Shown here: piece by piece, positions 1 through 14,270 of the stretch | How positions within the stretch are numbered: the first letter of the stretch is position 1 | Layout: each line of letters starts with the position of its first letter | Source of the DNA: Octopus bimaculoides | Lineage: Eukaryota | Direction: 5' to 3' | NCBI RefSeq assembly: GCF_001194135.2 | Contig: NC_068992.1 | Coordinates: forward strand, 21,314,328 to 21,378,327 | Length of the DNA: 64,000 bases | Program-made: the position numbers and the translations under genes | Notes under the pieces: model-generated | Told to the model about the DNA's origin: nothing | Seen by the model: the letters and a program-made list of their open reading frames with translations, nothing else | Database searches by the model: none

Positions 1-778
1 GCAACCGCCGTCTGGCTCATAGGTTTGTAGATCGGTCTCGATCTTTGAGCTAGAAGATCAACTAATCATCATGAACATCGCCAAAATCATAGTCTAGTCC
101 AGTCAATTGCCAGGTTAGATACTATGAACATAATATACAGGTGGGTCTCATCACTTCCAGTGTTTTCTAGATCAACAATATCTACAGTAGAGTTAAATAG
201 TGTGGCTAAGGAGATCATTAGGGGTTAGATAACATCGTGTTACCAAGATACTTAGCATCTCTCCAGAATTATTGTTTATAGTTTCCTATCAAACACGACC
301 CATCCATATAACCAGACGAACACCTTCCATTTAATGTCTACCTAATTTGCCGCGTGTTCTGTCTTTTCAACCTTTTTAAAGCCTCTATTTTCTTATTAAA
401 TAATAATTGCTTCTACTGATTAGCTTCTGTATATAGTTTTACATCATATTCAAGTCTGGAAGATATCTTAAAGTCAGTGAACATGAACGTTGGTAAAATA
501 CTAAAAAGCTCCGATTGCAGGACATATTACCAAGATTAATAGACGCGTGAACCCTTTCTCTGAGTGAGAATATTTTCATGTGATTGTTTTCATACGCCAC
601 ATATAAGTGGTTCTCGAACTAACACGCACTAAATATTTTAGTGAAATTCTTTCTTCTATCTTCATTAATGAAAAGGCAGAATAGAGTTTGCAATTTTATG
701 GCAATTTATCCTACACCATTTCATTCCTTACAACTCCTCATTCAAAGACACCTAGCAACCTGTGTTAAAAGCACTCAT

Positions 779-823
779 GTGTGTGTGTGTGTGTGTGCGT
801 GTGTGCGTGTGTGCGTGTGTGTT

Positions 824-896
<73 letters not shown>
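779..896. repeat. (GT)n microsatellite
   Basis: Near-pure GT array; explains the CVCV/THTH ORFs at 641-970. Confidence 0.98.
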
Positions 897-899
<3 letters not shown>

Positions 900-2662
900 A
901 ATGCTTTGGGAGACCTTGTAATAAAATTCCAAAATTCCATGAACTAGAAAAGATATGTCGACATATTTGACAAATTTAAGCCAATGGAATATTGAGCAGA
1001 CAAGATTTTATAGAATATTGATTCTTTTTCAAGCATATTTATGAGATTTTGTTTTATTTAATAGTGCCACCCTTTATAAAGCAACACTAGGAAAATTTCC
1101 AAATTTTACCAAACTAAAATCCGTGTAGTATTCCATTAAATCTTTTTAAATTCTGAGTGTTCCTGGCTGAAAACTATTTCTCTTTACTTTTGCATCGAAA
1201 GAATTAATACCAGTTGCATTCCATGAACAGTAAAAGAGATAATATTACTTAATAATTTGTGGCATTCTTACAGTATGAGAAATCAATATTTTATGCGATG
1301 CTTTCAGAAAAAGAACCACATATCATAACTAGTTTTAAATGTTAAATCGCAATCAGATGGGGCTGATTTTTCTTTAAATAATTTGGGGTCGACATAAAAT
1401 ACCACCAGTAATATAAGGGGATTTGTATGAATCAACTAGATTTAGCCTTTCCCTTTAAACATATTTGGCTAATACTTAAGAAAAATAAAGATATCCCAAA
1501 TGTCTGCAAGTGCCAAAGTGTGAGAGGTGATAAGAAACTTGAAGGAAATAATCATACTCACACATGAATAAGAAAGAAATATTAAAAGGAAACATTTATT
1601 GTGTTAGGCTCGTCTCGCCTTTGCTATTACTGATAATTAATGATAATTAATAGATTCTCGATGAAATCAGAAACGTTGTAAGCTGAATAGGCAGCGATTT
1701 TAATAATCGTTAATGCCATGGAACTAATCGAAATTTCATCAAACGATATAGGTGGCGATATAACTTTATCAACTAGCAACTAGTAATTTATATGTTCCAG
1801 TATATGTTGCGAATAAAAGCCTTGGTTGGTAAAGGATGTAGAATTATCCTACGTTTGTAGGCGTTTTAGTAACTTCTTCCTTATTATATGTAAAGCAGAC
1901 ATTATTGATTTATGTTTTTTTTTGTTTTTGTTTTGCGTCTACATTACCACCTGTTTATTCGTGCAACATTGAATTAACCAAGTTATGAATTCCACCAATA
2001 TTAATCCGTGCTCCAGACTAAATATTAAGTCTTTCAGATTGATTTTAATCTCAGACTTTTCCATTTCTGATACGCTTTATTCGTTCGCAATGTTTTCCTT
2101 GTTCCACACACCAACTTCCGCTGCCTAACATCGTGCTGTCAGTAAAGCTAGCACTTTCGCCAACCCCCAGCAGTGAACTTTGCAAAACTAACTGTGTGTT
2201 ATTGATTCTATTTTCATCACTCTATTTGTCCAAACTATCTGCAGCATTGATCTGTAAACTTCTGTGCCAGAGGCTTTACTTTTATTTTCATTCGCATACA
2301 TTGCAAATGATAGCTGTGTATTTTTATGTTTTCGTAAGGTAATTGTTAAATATTATACAGTTTCGTGTGTGTGTGTCTATGTGTGTGTGTGTGTGTATGT
2401 CTGTGTGTGTGTGTGAATGATGTTTATGTGGTGGGGGGTGTCCATCCAATTATGTGTACGAGAGTGTATGCGTGAGTCCATGTTTGTTTATTGTGCATAT
2501 ACACACATGCGTACACTCATGTAGACACACATACACATGCACACGTATATTTATGTGTGAAATCGATGTTTAATCCAACATTTCAATACAGTTTATATAT
2601 ATACAAATATATATATACATACATGCATACATACATACGTACCATACATACATAGATATACA

Positions 2663-2730
<68 letters not shown>

Positions 2731-3744
2731 NNNNNNNNNNNNNNNNNNNNNNNNNNNNNNNNNNNNNNNNNNNNNNNTATATTTATACACATGAGTGTGT
2801 GGACATGAGTGTGCGAGCGTGTGAATATTTCTAAGTGTATGTGTACATGTGTGCTGTTAATGAGTTTTAGGAGACATTAAGATAATACTGTTAAACTATA
2901 TACATTCAAGATATTTACTCATAGAAATTACATTACCATGTTCTGAATAACTGACTGAAGGTTTTGGTAAGCGATAACATGAGGATAAAAAATATACATA
3001 AAGAAAAGAAAAGCAGAATATTATTTAAGGAGAAGGGAATGGTAAACTACCACTGCAAAGAAATATTATTTTCTTGTTGCATTTGTAATAAAACATTTGT
3101 AGAGTGAGGACAATTTTACGGCGAAAGAATTTTATATTGAAATTGTAATAATGTAATTTTGTAAGCTTCAATTATAGGTTTACTTGTAAGAAGGAAAGCA
3201 TTTTGTTTTTATTGGCGTTTCTGATCGATTTTTATATATATTTTCGTTTGTTTGTTGTTGTATGTATGTGCGAAAATAACAAAAAACTGCATTTGTGAAA
3301 TTTTGTGATTTAATAAGTAAGATGTTTTTGTTCTTCATTAATCATACCATTTCAATGTTTTTAACATTGGTATTACGGTTAAATAATAATTTTTTAAAAT
3401 ATTTATAAGTGTATTAAGATATTATGCTGTGAAATTTCAATGTCACCTCATTGGGGTGGGATGATTGCAATCGGGGTTTTCATATTTATAGGAAATGGAG
3501 AAAGTTGTTGGCAGAGTTGCAGAAACGGGAAGACAACTGAAATAGAATTGCTTTCTTCTCTCCTCTCGTAGATTTAATCTTATGAGTTCCAGTTCTGTTG
3601 ATATTCTTTTATATTTGCTTCCCTTTGACCACTGAAGAACACTTCAGGTTTTCCCTCCCCCCGTTCCTTACTGCGTCCTGTTTACATAACTCTCACTTCT
3701 CACATATTTCTTTCAAATTTTGACGCAATGACAGCAATTCTGTA

Positions 3745-3912
3745 AGGAAGGAGGAATCGATTACATCGATTCCAGTGCTCAACTGGTACTTAATTTATCG
3801 ATCCCGAAAGAATGGTGCTGATCGCGGCGGAATTTGAAATCAGGGCGGAAAGATGGATGAAATGATGCTAAGCATTTTGCCCGGCGTGCTAACGATTCTG
3901 CCAGCACGCCGT
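3745..3912 (-). mobile_element. tRNA-derived SINE, family A (partial)
   Basis: Reverse complement matches the head and core of the copy at 7398-7625 (gcagaatcgttagcacgccgggcaaaatgcttagc...aaattccgccg...ataaattaagtaccagt...atcgatgtaatcga). Confidence 0.9.
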
Positions 3913-4150
3913 CTCTTCTCGCATAGTGATTTCAAATTTTAGCGCAAGGATCTCAAAACTGTTCATACACCCTCGTATATAAATATATATATATAATAGA
4001 GAAATTATACAAAATATATAACTAGATGATGATTAAAGCACCGGCATGGTTTCGATTACCTTCTGTTGTCCGTAGATTTATTGCACGAACTTAGTGGCGG
4101 TTGGGGTAACTGTATAAATAAAATAGATGGAATGAGTAAAAGATTTTGGT

Positions 4151-4195
4151 GGGTATGACACGTTTCGATCCGTTCTGGGTCAATTCGGGTACATC
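4151..4195 (-). ncRNA. Degenerate minimal type I hammerhead-like motif
   Basis: Minus strand: GTAC CCGAATT GACCC agaac GGATC GAAAC GT GTC ATAC. The 3' core and GUC triplet are intact; the 5' core has 3 mismatches to CUGANGA. Confidence 0.4.
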
Positions 4196-4254
4196 AATAA
4201 AGTCTCACAAGAGTTTTCCTGCGTCGGCTTATGTATATTCCTTCTTCGAACCCA

Positions 4255-4470
4255 CAAGAGTTAACAAGTGAAACAGAGACAGGCAGAAACAAGAAAAATG
4301 CCTCTGTTATTTGAATACTATACAAATATGTCTTTAAAAAGACTTTTCTTTTAAATTTACCAAAATTTAATTTTTCAATAATTTTTCAAAAATCTATTAT
4401 TCATATTTACTGTTGAAAAGATCTCAAGGATCGAAACCGGTTCTGTAATGTTCTTTATAAATGTATTTTA
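4255..4470 (+). mobile_element. Penelope-like element 3' tail remnant (paralogue of 41985-42170)
   Basis: Shares the blocks cacaa.agt..., gagacag..aaaca.gaaaatg.c..., tatttgaa.actat..aaatat and a hammerhead-like motif followed by aatgttctt with the tail behind the Penelope ORF remnant at 41460-41665. Confidence 0.55.
4407..4448 (+). ncRNA. Degenerate minimal type I hammerhead ribozyme motif
   Basis: TTACTG TTGAAAA GATCT caa GGATC GAAAC CG GTT CTGTAA: stem I 5/6 pairs, stem II 5 bp, palindromic AACCGGTT helix III, GUU triplet; two transitions relative to CUGAAGA. Confidence 0.6.
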
Positions 4471-4756
4471 GCTTTTTCTACTTTGTCTTTTANNNNNNNN
4501 NNNNNNNNNNNNNNNNNNNNNNNNNNNNNNNNNNNNNNNNNNNNNNNNNNNNNNNNNNNNNNNNNNNNNNNNNNNNNNNNNNNNNNNNNNNNNNNNNNNN
4601 NNNNNNNNNNNNNNNNNNNNNNNNNNNNNNNNNNNNNNNNNNNNNNNNNNNNNNNNNNNNNNNNNNNNNNNNNNNNNNNNNNNNNNNNNNNNNNNNNNNN
4701 NNNNNNNNNNNNNNNNNNNNNNNNNNNNNNNNNNNNNTATATATATACATATATAC

Positions 4757-4919
4757 ACGACGGGCTTCTTTCAGTTTCCGTCTATAAAATCTACTCACAA
4801 GACTTTAGTCAGCCCGAAGCTATAGTTGAAGAAACTTCTCCAAGGTGCCACACAGTCGGATTGGACACGGAACTATGTGGTTGGGAAGTGAATTTCTTAC
4901 CACACAGCCACGCCTACGC
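4757..4919 (-). mobile_element. tRNA-derived SINE, family B (5' half)
   Basis: Reverse complement matches the head of the 17215 copy (ggcgtggctgtgtggtaag...ccaaccacatagttcc...gtggcaccttgg...gtgagtagatttt..tagacggaaactgaaagaagcccgtcg). Confidence 0.92.
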
Positions 4920-7397
4920 TTATCTGTATATTTCCTGTTAGAATTATCCTCGTGTAAAACATGTCTTAAGTCTTCAATATCAAAGTAATCTCTTTTGCTT
5001 ATATATTTCCGACGCTACTGCTACATATGCCTAAAGTTATCTTTTACAAAGTTAGCATTTCTTTCAAACTTTTGTAATGGTAGTAAACTCGAATTCAGCT
5101 GTGACTGATCTTAAAACACTGACATTTTTATTTTCCGATAGTAAATGCAGAATCAACATATATCTTATTCAAATAATGTCTTACATTACTTGATACTTTT
5201 AATGTTCGTGAATTTAAGGCAGACCTTGCTAAATCAGATAATAGTAAAACAAAAAATTATTGCTTAATATGTGCTTGCTATATTGCAAAAATCCTGTTCC
5301 GTGTTCTGGTTTTCTTGTTACCGCGTGGGATTATTAATGGTATCAATTATGAAATAAGTAAATATGGTATAATCACTAATGATTTTCACCAGCAAAATAC
5401 AATGTTTTCCACTAGCGGTAACGTATTAGAATTTATTGGAGGCGTTTTAACTACAAACTAGTTAAATGTTAAGGTGTCTGGAGAGTTACTGATTGCAAAT
5501 GTGATTATATATTTTGGAATATTTAACCTCATTTTTATATATGGGAAATTTTAAAAAGTTCATAGATGAGATCCAGATATTCTCCGTATAGAATACACTT
5601 AGACGTGCCGAAGAGATTTGAACTTGATCGGCTATAGAGGTAGATGTAGGGATAAGCGAATTAGACAGATCAATATATAAGGTGTATTAAATATATGAAA
5701 TACAAAAAAAAAATGTAGGTATATGTATACATATAAAAAGGTTAAACCTACACAGAATATAATTAACCGAAATTCCTTATACCATAAGAATTTCAGTGAA
5801 AGCTTGTGGTATTCACGATCTCACGTTTTATCCTAATCCATACTACATCCATTAAATACCCATTGTTAATATCCGACAGTGAATCAGAATTCTACATTTC
5901 CTAGAATTAAATCTTTCACCATAGATTCTATTTAGAGTATAACAAACTGTTTTAAATGTTATTGATATCTAAAACGCAAAAGTTCCTTATTCGGAAAGCC
6001 GGATCGCATACACCATCAGACACGCATACATGTATTCATATGAAAATACGCCTTAATCAAAAATAAGTCATTCTAACAATATCAATATGCATTATAAAAC
6101 TCATAGTTTTCTATGTTCTAAGACTATATTTTCAAGTCTGTTTCAAAAAGACTTGCACTTTTATTTACAGTGAAACTATATTTTAGTAGTTAATGGCTAT
6201 CAAATTCTAGGCATAAGCTGTTACATCTGTTCTGATTAATGGGTCTCTTGACTTTAACTGGAAGAAAACTCTCCACCAGATCGATAAAATATATCTTATT
6301 TAAAATGTAAAATCTTTATCGTTTTCTTTGTACTTTGTCTTCGCTCTTTCTCTCCCTTTCTATGTTTCCTTATCTACTTCTCTGTCTGTCTTTTGTCTGT
6401 ATCTGTATCTCTCTCCTTCTCTCTCACCCTCACCTTTTCACATCCACCTCCCTCCTTCCTCTCACTCTCTCTCTCTCTCTCACTCTCTCTCTCTCTCACT
6501 ATTTCTCTCTCTCGCGCGCGCATTCTCTCACGCGCTTTCACCTCATTATTAATCTAGATTATCTTGTTGCACATGGCAACTACTCGAATTATTTAACCTA
6601 GTACCACAAATCTCAAAACTCCACACTTTATGTGCATGTGTGTTCTTCTTTTCAGGTCGAACGCTACATTTATTCCAATAAACCAATAAAAAAGCTTCTG
6701 CCTGCAGTTGATCGCTCTATCTACTAGAAATAGCAAGTGAATTTCCCTCACAACTCGCTTTGTGGTCTGAAAAGAGAAGAGAATGAAAAGTTGGATAATA
6801 TCATTCCAAATATAATGTTTGAAAAGAGTGAAATGTTGTTGATGTGTCCAACACATGTTCTATTGAATAATATGGAGTTAAAGTACTCGAGCAATAACAA
6901 AAAGGACTTGTAGTACGCTAAACCCCATTTTGTCCGTTTAAACCCCACACATGGGGTTTATACGGATAAAATTTTTCCCACACTCATTCGCATTTCTTAT
7001 CAGTTTGATACTTACTATATTGAATAAGCTAAAATTTTCCTATTTCCGTTGTCACTTACGTAAAATGATTCGGCGTAATAAATGCCATGTACCATAAGAT
7101 ACACTAAAGTACAGTACACATGGCTATGAAGCCGCTACTTTCCAACCTATGTTTTTTAAACTCCGCAACTGTCTTTATCTAACAATGTTGTTTTTTTATC
7201 TTTGATCTCAAACAACACGTCTATCCAATTTTATAGTTTCCACAGCAAACTAAATAACTAAATCTATATTTGCTAGGATGTAAAATCTATCGAGCAAATA
7301 CAAAATCATAGCAAATACATAGACGGATAGTTACAACACTACAATATAAATGTCGCTACTATACTACACGCTATTGTTGTAATACTATACACCGGTA

Positions 7398-7826
7398 GGC
7401 GGCGAACTGAGAGAATCGTTAGCACGCCGAGCGAAATGCTTAGCGGTATTTCGTCTGCCGTTACGTTCTAAGTTCAAATTCCGCCGAGGTCGACTTTGCC
7501 TTTCATCCTTTCGGGGTCGATAAATTAAGTACCAGTTACGCACTGGGGTCGATGTAATCGACTTAATCCGTTCGTCTGTTCTTGTTTGTTCCCTCTATGT
7601 TTAGCCCCTTGTGGGCAATAAAAAAATAAGAAACGTTAAAACGCCGGACAAAATGCTTAACAGTATTTCGTATGTCTTTACGTTCTTAGTTCAAATTCCG
7701 CCGAGGTCGACTTTGCCTTTCATCCTTTCTGGGTTGTTAAATTAAATACCAATTGTGTACTGGGATCGGTCTAATCGACTGGCCCCGTCCCCCAAAATTT
7801 CGGGCCTTGTGCCTAGAGTAGAAAAG
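7398..7826 (+). mobile_element. Dimeric tRNA-derived SINE, family A, with 16-bp TSD
   Basis: Two related units (about 7398-7625 and 7626-7826), each with the B-box-like agttcaaattccgccgaggtcgac; flanked by aatactatacaccggt (7381-7396) and aatactatacagcggt (7827-7842). Confidence 0.95.
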
Positions 7827-8134
7827 AATACTATACAGCGGTTGTCAGGCAGTGTGGTGGGACAACTACAGACACAAATACACAGTCACACGCACATACA
7901 CACACAGATGTAAAGATATATATATATATATATGACGAGTTACAACGTGGTTTTCATTGGAGCAATGGGTTATTCTCGGGTTGAAATGACGGCTACGAAA
8001 ATCAGTGGTAAGATGTGTTTCGGTTGTAGAGCAAGGGTTTTCAGCTTGAGATTTGATTACTGATAGTGGGTGGTGGTTCGGCAGAATTGTTAGAGCAGTG
8101 AACAAAATATTACGCATTTTCTTTCTTTTTTTTT

Positions 8135-8440
8135 TTACTTGTATCAGCTATTATACTGCGGCCTTGAAGGGTACTCTTCGAAGAGTTGTATTTGAACAAG
8201 TCGACTCAAGAATTTTTTAAAGTCTGACAATATCCTATCGGTCAATGATACCGAACCTCTAGATTACATGAACGTAAAGAAACACACACACATGTATGTA
8301 TATATATATATGAATAGGCTTCCATTTAGTTTCCGCCTACTTTCAGAAGGCATTGTAGGTACGGGGCTACATTCGAAGGCATTTACCCAAGGTGCTGTGC
8401 AACGAGACTTAACCCGAAACCATGTGCTTTCAAACCATAT
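8135..8440 (-). mobile_element. Degenerate SINE, family B
   Basis: The reverse strand shows the head (ggtttcgggttaagtctcgttgcacagcaccttgggtaaatgcc), a central TA/CA tract and a tail ending aagtaaaaaa. Confidence 0.75.
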
Positions 8441-10934
8441 ATCCATTTCATGTTCAGAGTATAAGACCTGATGTGGTCGTCGTTACCTTTCCGTGATTCT
8501 GGGGCGGTGGGGGAGTACCTCAAGTAGCCTTTATGTAATAGAGATGATATATTCGATAGTTTAATCACCACAAAGCGTATGACCTTGTTTTTAGGTTAAA
8601 AAACAAATATTCAGCAATATATTATAAAGAAATGTCCAAAAAGAGAAGATTTTCTGAACCGCATAATGTTTTAATAGCTAGAATAATCTGAATTAAACAA
8701 CATCTTGCTGTAACATAAACGTACAAATGACAAAAACAAAAGTGAGAGAAAAATTAGTTTCGTTTATAAATAGAAAGATTTAATGTAAATCCCTTGGTTA
8801 ACAGACAAAAACACGTTACATTGTTTCAGTAATTATTCAAGGTGGTAGATGGAACATATAAATATTTTCCTAATCTTGAATTTATTAAATAAAACGAAAA
8901 AGTAATTTGGTCAACGTGTGTGTCTCAAGAATATTCTAATGAAGACAAAAACGAATATAATTCATTTATTATGCTTCTTATATAATCCAATTACAAATAC
9001 TAGAGACAATCTCGATGTTTCCAAATATTAAATACGTCAAAAATGGAATTCGCTGATTATTTCTTTTGTAAAAATTGTCTGACCTTATAATGAGATCACT
9101 TTCATAGTAAACTCTCTTTTTATATCGCTCTCAAATATTCACCAACAAAATTCTCAAAGTTATCGATCTATTTTATTCCCAAGAGAAACCTATTCTTGCA
9201 ATAAATTTACATAAACAGATCATTTTTTCTCTCAGAGCTCTTACATAAATGAACTGATTAAATGAGTTATAACTTGTCAGATGTGATATATATATAGATG
9301 AACTTTCTTCACAGTCTACATCTTAAGAGTTGCATTTTCTTATATTTTGGTTTTCATTAAAATCATCCATCAGAGTATAGAAACATATTGCCTTAAGTCT
9401 CCTGTTGATTTTCAATGATTTTTATGTATATACAGGCGTGTGTGCGAGCATAGGGGTGGGGTGGGTGTGCGTGTGAGTGGGGGTGAGTGTGGGGGGGGTG
9501 ACTACGTGGGGCGATTAGACACTTATAAACCTCCAAAGGTACATTTTGATATGTATAATGAAGGCAATTATTCATCACGAGTGTCCCCTAAGTAATTGGA
9601 AATAAGAAAGAACCAGGCTAATATAAGCGTGTATGTGTATCTGTGTGTCCGTTTGTGTGTGTGTGTGTGCGTGTGCCTGTGTGTGTGTGTGCATGTGAGT
9701 GTGCGTGTGTGCGTGTGAGTGTGTGTAAAGATATAGATAAATATAAAACTGAATGAAAAATGGGAATTAATGAATTTCAGCAAATTCCATACTAACAAAA
9801 TGTGTATATATAAATAAGATATTTATCAGCCATAATGATTGTTTATTACTAAGTCCCTTTGTTAGTGGCTCCTTGAAAGAGTGGTAAGATGATTCTGTTC
9901 TTACATACGAGAGTAACACAGACTTAGTGCAGAGACACGTAAACATAAACAGTTTTAGCCAGTGAAGCATTAAATGATTTATTTACTTTCACTGTTAATG
10001 TGAAGGGGAATCCCACCAATGCCAACGTTATTTCTTACAAGCTTTAGGCGATATATTTATGCTATAAAATAATGGAAGATAAACTGAAATAAATTAAAAT
10101 AAACTTTCATTATGTCAGTTCTGGAAGTTTGCATATTTTTCTTACAAATTTCACATGCATGAATATATACCTATTTGTAATACACACATGCATGCACGCA
10201 GATATACATAAATATAGGCTGTCCTGCTGACATGAATATATATTCCAAAATCACGGATAAATACGGACAACTGCTTCGATGCTTCCAAGTTCTATAGCCA
10301 GGTTGTAAGTTCCCATTTTTACCAATAATAATTGGTGCATTTGGCTTGTGAGTGAATGCAATCTGAAAAAAGCTGAGGTTTTCCGAAAAAGAAATCAACC
10401 AGGTTACTCGCACATTGCAAATACATTCTGTATTTGCAGTAAAAATCTACAAGACGTTTCTCAAGTTCAAAATCTACATTCCAACAGCGTGACATCATGA
10501 AATATAATGGATGTCAGTAAAGTTTTTAACACCTAACACTGCTGCAAATATTTTCTTTCTGATTCGACACAACAATTATTAAATTCAATAATTCAATTTA
10601 TGCTGCTACCATTTTTTACATACCATTTTTTCATTTTTTTTTTTAGGACGTTCACCACCTGCAAAGAAATACATCTTTAAGTTCGTTAAAGAACATAACT
10701 TTAGAGTACGTATGTATGTGTCACATATCAAGGAACGGAAAGGCATTGGAAATGTAACGAATATATCTTTCCCACATCTCCACTAGTGACGCAAATAAAT
10801 TTTAATTCGGAAATGAAACGACACCACATTCTCGAAATAAGAGCAGCATAACTCTTACTCTATCTTTATTAATAGAGTATTCTAGATGCATGGAGGGAGC
10901 GGAAAGCAATAAAATACATAGAATGAATGAGTGA

Positions 10935-10974
10935 GGAAGGAAGGAAGGAAGGAAGGAAGGAAGGAAGGAAGGAA
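10935..10974. repeat. (GGAA)10 microsatellite
   Basis: Pure tetranucleotide array. Confidence 0.97.
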
Positions 10975-12928
10975 TCAATGGACTATTATTTCCTTTCTGA
11001 ATTATGTTCTATAATTCTTCTGTCGGAGGTGTTGCTTACAAATTTAGAAACATAAGAATTTGATGTTTTAAGAATATGTATAAAAATTTCCATCCAGGTT
11101 CAATAAAAATGGAAGTTATCCCATTGCGGAATTGGTTTTCAGCGTATCATTACAATATTGATCGAACATAAGATTATTATATTTTAGTTATACTTTACGA
11201 AAGCATTTAATAAAACTTAATTATTGTTGAGTATTCCACAACTTGAAAATTGTTGGATTACGAAACATGCAGTGCAAGCTACACAGTAAGCTTTGTTATA
11301 AACAAACGTTATGATTTACCTTAAGACCATTAAAAGATAACGAAGTGCTTGATATGTCCTTCATGATTTCATATCCTATGTCTAACGCTTAAATATTTTC
11401 GTCTATATAGTTATGAAGGCGTTCTGTAATCGCGATCATAGAATCAAATATAGCACAAGACTATTGAAAGAAGACACACAAAAGGCTCTGTCGCGTTAAA
11501 CCTTTATAGTGGAAATCTTCTGGCAAGAAATATGTTTTGAAAAATAATTTAACATGTTAATTAATCTGCATTTAGTCACCACTATTAATTGAGCATATAC
11601 TTAACTTTTTATGTGTCAATACTTCAATACATATTTTAGAAATATACCAACAATGGTGCAAAATAATCCCATGGTTTTGAATTTTCTCATATATATGACA
11701 TATATGAATATGTACCAAACCAAACCCTATGCAAATCCCTTCTGGATTTATAACATGTGGATTAGATAAGAATTGGTATCTACTCAGATGACTGTATGAA
11801 GCCATGAAATATTTGACTAAATATCTTGTCAGAAACAAAGTCAATAAATCAAGAATTCCTATCTGTTAGAATGGGGTTACAAAAAGTATTGCTTTTATGA
11901 GTCATATTTAACAATGGAATCCTGTTTAACTTCATGCGTATTGTTTCTTTATTCATCATATCCAAGCTAATAATGACTGTTATGTTGTTTTGCTACAGTT
12001 GTTTTCAATCAAAGTGAGAGAAAGAAATGTCTACACTGCTTTTGTGTACTCTAGGTGTGCCGTGTGTTTGAAAATCTTATTTTATTATGGAAAGAAGTAA
12101 ATATTATCACGAAGGCTGCGTTTATTTTGTATATAATTCCTGAACAAACACTTATAGACAGGGGAAAACAGTCAATGTAATTGTAGTCAATGTCCTCTAG
12201 ACTATTAGAATATTTCAATAAAATTGTGAAATAATGCCTGTAGATCAAAAGCCATCAGCTACACACCAGATAATTTACTTTATAAGATTTATGTTGACGT
12301 TAAATGAATTTATTCAATCACATCACCTGTGATGGTGTTTGGTTTATATTTTGTCATTTCTATTATGTCAAATAGTTTATCAGCCATATGTACATTAAGA
12401 TAGTATTAAACGGAAATTGGGTGGGATGGGGATGGTACGACATAAAGCGATGTTCTGAAATACTCCACATTGAAGTAAAATTTGAATGTAATTATAATGA
12501 CATAAAATTTAGTTTGATCTTTAATACTTTGAGATATGTTAGTTTAATTTGTCCACGCATTTCCTCTGAATAATAATGGCTAAATAAATGCTGTGTTGTG
12601 TCATTGATGCGTTATCCAAACACATTAAATTTTCAAGCGTCAGTTTTACCCATTTCGATATATTCAACTATATACTATTTGTTTCGTTTTGCTTCGTTTC
12701 CATAGCACCAAACACATCTAATATTTCAGAGAAGTAGCTTGAATTAATTAAATTCAAGACTCACTGTACATGCAGCTTAACGTTTGTGAATTCCTTTCAC
12801 ATACCGGTACTCCACAGTATATGTGTATTTGTGTTTATACCAAGTCTATATATAACAATTTAATAATGAATTATCTTTCAGTAAGTTTAGTAGGTACATA
12901 ATTATTAATTTTTGCAAGGAAAATGCTG

Positions 12929-12972
12929 ACTGTGATTTCGAAGTTTCGGCTTGTTAGCGATCACCAGACAGT
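12929..12972 (-). ncRNA. Degenerate minimal type I hammerhead ribozyme motif
   Basis: Minus strand: ACTGT CTGGTGA T CGCT aaca AGCC GAAAC TTCGAA ATC ACAGT. Perfect 5-bp stem I; helix III is one change from the palindrome ACTTCGAAGT; A6>G in the core. Confidence 0.6.
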
Positions 12973-13186
12973 GATTTTCGCTGATTCTTACTGACTTAAT
13001 AAAATGTTGGAGATGTTGCTGTTTTTTGCTGTTTCTTGTTTTTGTGTTGTTGTTGTTTTTCTTTTGTAATAGGAGTAATGTGAATGAGAATTAAAAGTGA
13101 TGTAGCGACAAGGAAACAGTCAGTGTAGGAAGAGTGATATAGAAACAGATATCTTAGTATCTTTTCTTTTTTGTGTTGGTTGATAG

Positions 13187-13880
13187 CAACCATTGCTCCA
13201 AATTGTTCCTCAGACCATCACAGAATAGTTATAGTGTTTCATTGCTGGGTTCAATCTTTTCACATCAAATTCTTGATCACAGAGTCTCAAGACCCACACT
13301 CGACCACTGTTAGGAAATAAGCAAATCTGGACGCATCAGAGAATATGACAGTGTCCCAAAATGCTAAAGGCCTCTCAACCATCTCACAGGCCCAATCTTT
13401 TGTACGCTTCATATTTGTTTGTCAAAGATGTTGCTTCCTTCTTCCTGCTCTGCCATAGTAATCAACTTTGTGGAGATACCTGAGAGCTGTTCTGGGACTG
13501 ACATCAACTTGCTCTGCTATATCAGAAGTCTTGCAACAAAGATTATCCTCCACATTTCTCTTCCCAAAGAGAAGAGTCCTGTCAGGTGATGTGGACTCCT
13601 TCCCCTTTGTGGTGAATTGGGCAATCACTCTATTAACTGTAGAAAGCGGGATCCCAAGGTTTTCTTTGATTTTACGCTGACTATATCTACCTTCAGGATG
13701 ACCCACAATAAGGCCTCTTTCAAATTCAGACAGTTCAAAGGCTTCTCTTATATATGGCATGATTAAACAGTCACATATAGAATTTGAAACAAAAATGTCA
13801 ATTAATAAAAAATATAAACCTTTACAAGTTAGAATAAACGGAAAACGATGTTTAATGGGTGTCTATTTACTTCTAACGTA
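13187..13880 (-). pseudogene. Tc1-family transposase remnant (N-terminal HTH to mid-catalytic domain)
   Basis: ORF 13760-13422 reads [12 protein letters not shown]...[12 protein letters not shown]...[12 protein letters not shown]. After a stop/frameshift it continues FWDTVIFSDASRF (first catalytic Asp), then SGRVWV and VMV*GTIW. These are Tc1 motifs; the element is 3'-truncated. Confidence 0.93.
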
Positions 13881-14270
13881 TATATATATATATATATATA
13901 TNNNNNNNNNNNNNNNNNNNNNNNNNNNNNNNNNNNNNNNNNNNNNNNNNNNNNNNNNNNNNNNNNNNNNNNNNNNNNNNNNNNNNNNNNNNNNNNNNNN
14001 NNNNNNNNNNNNNNNNNNNNNNNNNNNNNNNNNNNNNNNNNNNNNNNNATATATGAATATTCTTGTTTATAAATATATAATTCCCTGTGTAAAATTTCGT
14101 CTACATAAATTTGTGTGTGAGTGAGTGTGTGTGCATGTGATTGTTGTATGTGTCTATATGTGTGTATATATGAACATGTGAAAATTTATATCAATACGTT
14201 TTTCTTATAATCACTCTATGAATATTGACTTAATTTTCTTTGTTTTGTTTTTCTTTAACTATTTTGATAG

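Noticed and set aside
1630-1652. Tandem TGATAATTAA homeodomain-type sites
   Set aside because: Expected by chance in very AT-rich DNA; conservation data would be needed.
3491-3540. KWRKLLAELQKREDN* as a homeodomain helix-3 tail
   Set aside because: It would need an atypical intron position, and no upstream WFQNRR exon was seen.
6656-6727. Acceptor plus VERYIYSNKPIKKLLPAVDRSIY*
   Set aside because: A 23-codon frame is easily reached by chance; no homology recognised.
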